Shown: in pieces, positions 62,140-64,000 of the stretch
Numbering within the stretch: position 1 is the first letter of the stretch
Layout of the letters: the number at the start of each line of letters is the position of its first letter
Assembly: GCA_963665325.3 (NCBI GenBank)
Contig: OZ224045.1
Coordinates: 96,001 to 160,000, forward strand
Reading direction: 5' to 3'
DNA length: 64,000 bases
From: Alphaproteobacteria bacterium
Lineage (GTDB): Bacteria > Pseudomonadota > Alphaproteobacteria > Bin95
The notes under the pieces: model-generated
Told to the model about the DNA's origin: nothing
The model's input: only the letters and a program-made list of their open reading frames with translations
Databases searched by the model: none
Translations under genes and position numbers: made by a program

Positions 62140-64000
62140 TTTCGCCGCTCCGCCATGCGGGCCGGGTTCGCCTGGGCGGTGCGCCGCCGGGCCACGATGC
62201 GCGCGTGCTTACGTCGCTGGCCGGGGGCGGAGGGCCGATCATCCACATATCCCGCGACGATGCGCAAATGGCGCGGATGGCAGATTGCCTCGGCTTCTTT
62301 GCCCCGCATCTCGCACTGTCGCGGTTCCCGAGCTGGGATTGCTTGCCCTATGACCGCGCCTCGCCGCGCAACGACCTGGTGTCCGAGCGCCTCGCGACTC
62401 TGGCGGCGCTCGCGGACGGGGCGCGGCCGGACATACTGCTGACCACCGCCAATGCCTTCCTTCAGCGTGTGCCGCCGCGGGCAGGACTTGCCGGGAGCCG
62501 CTTCTCCGGCGAGGCGGGCGGCGCCATGGATACGGAGGCGCTGCTCGCCTTTCTGGAGCGGCATGGCTACCAGCGCGCCGAAACCGTGATGGAGCCCGGC
62601 GAATATGCGGTCCGGGGCGGATTGATCGACCTGTTCCCCGCCGGTGAGGCCGCGCCGCTGCGAATCGACCTGTTCGGCGACGAGATCGACGAAATCCGCC
62701 GGTTCGACCCGATTGACCAGCGCAGCACGGACCGGTTGGAACGATTCGACCTGGTGCCGGCCAGCGAGGTCGTCCTGACCGAGGAAAGCATCGCCCGCTT
62801 CCGGGAAGGATACCGCGCGGCCTTCGGCGCCGTGACGGCCGACGACCCACTTTACGAAGCGGTGTCGGCGGGGCGGCGAGCCGCCGGGATCGAGCACTGG
62901 TTGCCGCTCTTCTATGCCGGGCTGGAAACACTTGCCGACTACCTGCCCGACGCCGCGGTTGTCGAGGACGAGCAGGCGGACGCCGCACGGGACATCCGCT
63001 TCGAAGCCATTGCCGACCATTACGACGCGCGGCTCGACCCGCCTTCCGGCGAAACGCCGTACCGGCCGCTGCCCCCGGACAGCCTCTATCTCGATGCCTC
63101 CGGATGGGACGCCTGCCTCCAGGACCGTCCGGTAGCGCTGCTGCTGCCGGCGGCGGCACCCGAAGGACCCGACGCCGGTGGTCGGCCGGCGGTCGATTTC
63201 TCGGAGGCGCGGGCGCGCCCCGATATCGACCTCTACGGCGCCGTTGCCGACAGGCTGGCGGTTCATGCGGCGGTGGGCAGGCGGGTGCTGCTCGCGGCCT
63301 ACAGCGAAGGCTCCCGGGACCGGTTGGCCGGCTTGCTGGAGGAGCAGGGCGTTGCAACCCAAACGGTCGAGACCGCCCCGGAATTAGACGGGCTGCCGCC
63401 GGACCGGCTGACAACGGTCGTGCTTCCGCTCGAAGGCGGGTTCGAGACGGCGGACCTGGCGGTCGTTACCGAACAGGACATTCTGGGCGAACGCCTGTCG
63501 AGCCGGGCGCGGGGCAGGCGCCGGGCGCAGGACTTCCTGCAGGAACTCTCCGAAATCGCCGAGGGCGACATCGTCGTCCATGTGGAGCACGGCATCGGGC
63601 GGTATGAAGGGTTGGAAACGGTGACCGCCGCCGGCGCGCCGCACGATTGCCTGCGCGTCCAGTATGCCGGCGACGGGCGCCTGTTCGTGCCCGTGGAGAA
63701 CATCGAGACGCTGTCGCGTTTCGGCGCTTCCGACAGCGTCGTGACACTAGACCGGCTGGGCAGCGTCCAGTGGCAGGCGCGCAAGGCGCGCATGAAGGAA
63801 CGCATCCGCGAACTTGCCGAGCAGTTGATCCGGGTCGCGGCGGAACGAACCCTTCGGCCGGGCGAAACGCTGCAGCCTCCCGCCGGGCTCTATGACGAGT
63901 TTGCGGCGCGCTTTCCCTTCCCGGAAACGAACGACCAGCTGAAAGCCATCGAGGATGTGCTCGAGGACCTGTCCGCCGGCAGGCCGATGGACCGGCTGAT
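62136..64000 (+). CDS. mfd: Transcription-repair coupling factor, 3'-truncated by window edge
   Basis: Own translation from ATG 62136: FPSWDCLPYD, EYAVRGGLIDLF, GDIVVHVEHGIGRY, FPFPETNDQ, PMDRL; absent from the ORF track because there is no stop. Confidence 0.96.
   Translation, partial: MISPLRHAGRVRLGGAPPGHDARVLTSLAGGGGPIIHISRDDAQMARMADCLGFFAPHLALSRFPSWDCLPYDRASPRNDLVSERLATLAALADGARPDILLTTANAFLQRVPPRAGLAGSRFSGEAGGAMDTEALLAFLERHGYQRAETVMEPGEYAVRGGLIDLFPAGEAAPLRIDLFGDEIDEIRRFDPIDQRSTDRLERFDLVPASEVVLTEESIARFREGYRAAFGAVTADDPLYEAVSAGRRAAGIEHWLPLFYAGLETLADYLPDAAVVEDEQADAARDIRFEAIADHYDARLDPPSGETPYRPLPPDSLYLDASGWDACLQDRPVALLLPAAAPEGPDAGGRPAVDFSEARARPDIDLYGAVADRLAVHAAVGRRVLLAAYSEGSRDRLAGLLEEQGVATQTVETAPELDGLPPDRLTTVVLPLEGGFETADLAVVTEQDILGERLSSRARGRRRAQDFLQELSEIAEGDIVVHVEHGIGRYEGLETVTAAGAPHDCLRVQYAGDGRLFVPVENIETLSRFGASDSVVTLDRLGSVQWQARKARMKERIRELAEQLIRVAAERTLRPGETLQPPAGLYDEFAARFPFPETNDQLKAIEDVLEDLSAGRPMDRL

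Overview
64-kb chromosomal window from a high-GC alphaproteobacterium, probably Rhodospirillales-like (inferred from gene order, short-type ProS and a GTTC-N7-GTTC LexA box). Most of it is conserved core: mnmA; tRNA-Leu-tig-clpP-clpX-lon-hup-tRNA-Val-tRNA-Asp; a complete nuoA-N operon followed by birA-coaX-rnj-mce-DUF1467-tag-proS-lolE-lolD; cinA-pgpA-ispDF; ntrB-ntrC-ntrY-ntrX-trkA-dat-HAD-hfq-hflX; and recG, sdhE, mfd (truncated by the window edge). Accessory material lies at about 0.7-11 kb (catabolic enzymes plus a ~750-bp repeat-rich non-coding stretch), 17.65-18.03 kb (IS scar between two tRNAs) and 40-47 kb. The 40-47 kb tract holds the most interesting features. (1) A 95-aa stand-alone GIY-YIG nuclease (Ssn-like) sits between two 97-bp direct repeats, each built from a pair of CGTC-tagged hairpins; degenerate copies of this repeat family lie nearby, one cut by an IS66-like end. 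(2) A perfect LexA/SOS box overlaps a TTGACA promoter that precedes a 4-codon micro-ORF and a catalytic-domain-less IS630-type HTH protein. (3) An orphan lipoprotein. dusB (nifR3) is missing from its usual place upstream of ntrB. No CRISPR array or rRNA was seen. All calls come from reading the sequence and recalling family motifs; no database searches were run.
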